Assembly (NCBI GenBank): GCA_052327205.1 | Contig: CM126226.1 | Span: 54,622,001-54,686,000 of the forward strand | Source of the DNA: Somniosus microcephalus | Lineage: Eukaryota | Length of the DNA stretch: 64,000 nucleotides | Reading direction: 5' to 3' | Shown: in pieces, positions 62,646-64,000 of the stretch | Numbering within the stretch: position 1 is the first letter of the stretch | Layout of the letters: each line of letters starts with the position of its first letter | Made by a program: the position numbers and the translations under genes | Notes under the pieces: model-generated | Told to the model about the DNA's origin: nothing | Seen by the model: only the letters and a program-made list of their open reading frames with translations | Databases searched by the model: none

Positions 62646-64000
62646 TTATTCAATTTACCTAACTGGAAGAACCTCTAGGCTAGACAACCATGTATAAAAC
62701 TCATCAGAACCCACCTTAAAATAATCAGCACTGTATTTTTAAATCTGTAGACTAGCATGGAAGAGTTTAATAAACTCAGAATCCAACTAATGTAGTAATG
62801 ACATTAGGAGAAGGATACCCAGTCTTACTTTATGTTGATTCCACACGAACACAATGTCCTCAAACATTGATTTATTCCGCCATCAGGATTATTCCTTGCC
62901 TGGCACAATCCTCAAATACCTTTATCGTGTTAATACGCCAATCTCTCTATACCACACTGGCCTTCTCACAATGATTAGCTTATGCGGGTCCTGCTCAATC
63001 TTATATTATAGCGTTGCAGGGGGGTGGGGTTTGACCAACCCATTTCTTACCAACATGTTTCTCGCACTATTTCCTGATCTCCTGTCTTCAACAAGAAATC
63101 AAGTGTCTCGAAGAGCGTAGCTGTGCATTAATTTTTCAAACATTCGGTCCATACTAACCCAGAGAATTTAAAGTAGCACAAAAAGATACATCAATTTTAC
63201 AGAAGCAGCTCATAGAAGCTGCAGACAAGCATAATATTCGGCAAATTATTTGTTTTAAGCAAGGTTTAAATACCAGGTGCTACAAGCATACTAACACTGC
63301 CTCGGCTGGTTTCCAGTGTACAGATGAACAATCCCAATACTGAGCCTCAATACTACCTTCAGTCTGCTGGCTAACACCAAGATGCTCCAGTACATGCCTG
63401 TCCTTTCCTCTCCATCCAGAGACACACTAGAGACTTTGTGGCCATCAACACAGCTTTTTGATAAGGCATGTTTCAAATCTGTCTGTGTCCTCTTTCTAAG
63501 ATGCAACATTCAACTGCCACAACACAGTACCATTCAACAACGTAATCATGATCTAGTTAGCTTAGGTTTCTTCCTTTACCATTTCCATTCCAACCAAATG
63601 AAGATAGCTAATTCCAAATGTCAATCAGGGTCATAGTCTGGGTGCACAACCATCTGTCCAGAAATCAAATACCCTATACTAATGACTTAGCAATCAGCTC
63701 GATGCCAAGCAGTTTGTTGCAGCATGCTTAAGGGTCACAGGTCACACAAGCTATGTTTCAGATCTCTTCACAAATGCCAATTTTCAGGAAGTCATGTTCT
63801 CAGTTTGCCAAGATTAAATACCTCTCTATATTTCAACATTTCTGTCTTAATGCTACACACTTTTCATATTGCACTGTCACACAAAGTGGAGCACAATGGT
63901 GGCTTGAAACAGCTAATGTGAAGGAAATTTGAATTTTGACAACCTCGAGTGTGTCAATACAAAACCAATACCTGCAGTATAAAGCAGCACTATTGTATCA

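Overview
Eukaryotic, repeat-rich genomic DNA, most likely from a shark (elasmobranch-type HE1/V-SINEs, SacSINE1-like DeuSINEs and CR1/HER1 LINE tails). The window contains the complete coding region of GNB1 (G protein beta-1, 340 aa) on the minus strand: nine coding exons from ATG 38776 to stop 19851, an intron just after the stop codon, and a non-coding last exon (about 16632-15104) with a highly conserved 3' end. The promoter and first exon(s) were not found and probably lie to the right of the window. Downstream of GNB1 is a young, full-length 4626-bp Ty3/Gypsy (Mag-type) LTR retrotransposon (7617-12242, 5-bp TSD GTAAT). It has a YLDN RT motif and no tRNA primer-binding site; a perfect 15-nt complement of its own LTR occupies the PBS position, suggesting self-priming or poly(A)-signal occlusion. 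A related solo LTR lies sense-oriented in the GNB1 3'-UTR intron. Also present: Penelope-like fold-back elements with 12-15-bp TSDs (one a perfect 130-bp palindrome), Harbinger-like and Tigger-like MITEs, L2 remnants and simple repeats. Repeat family names and the human GNB1 comparison come from recognition, not database searches; boundaries of old repeats are approximate.
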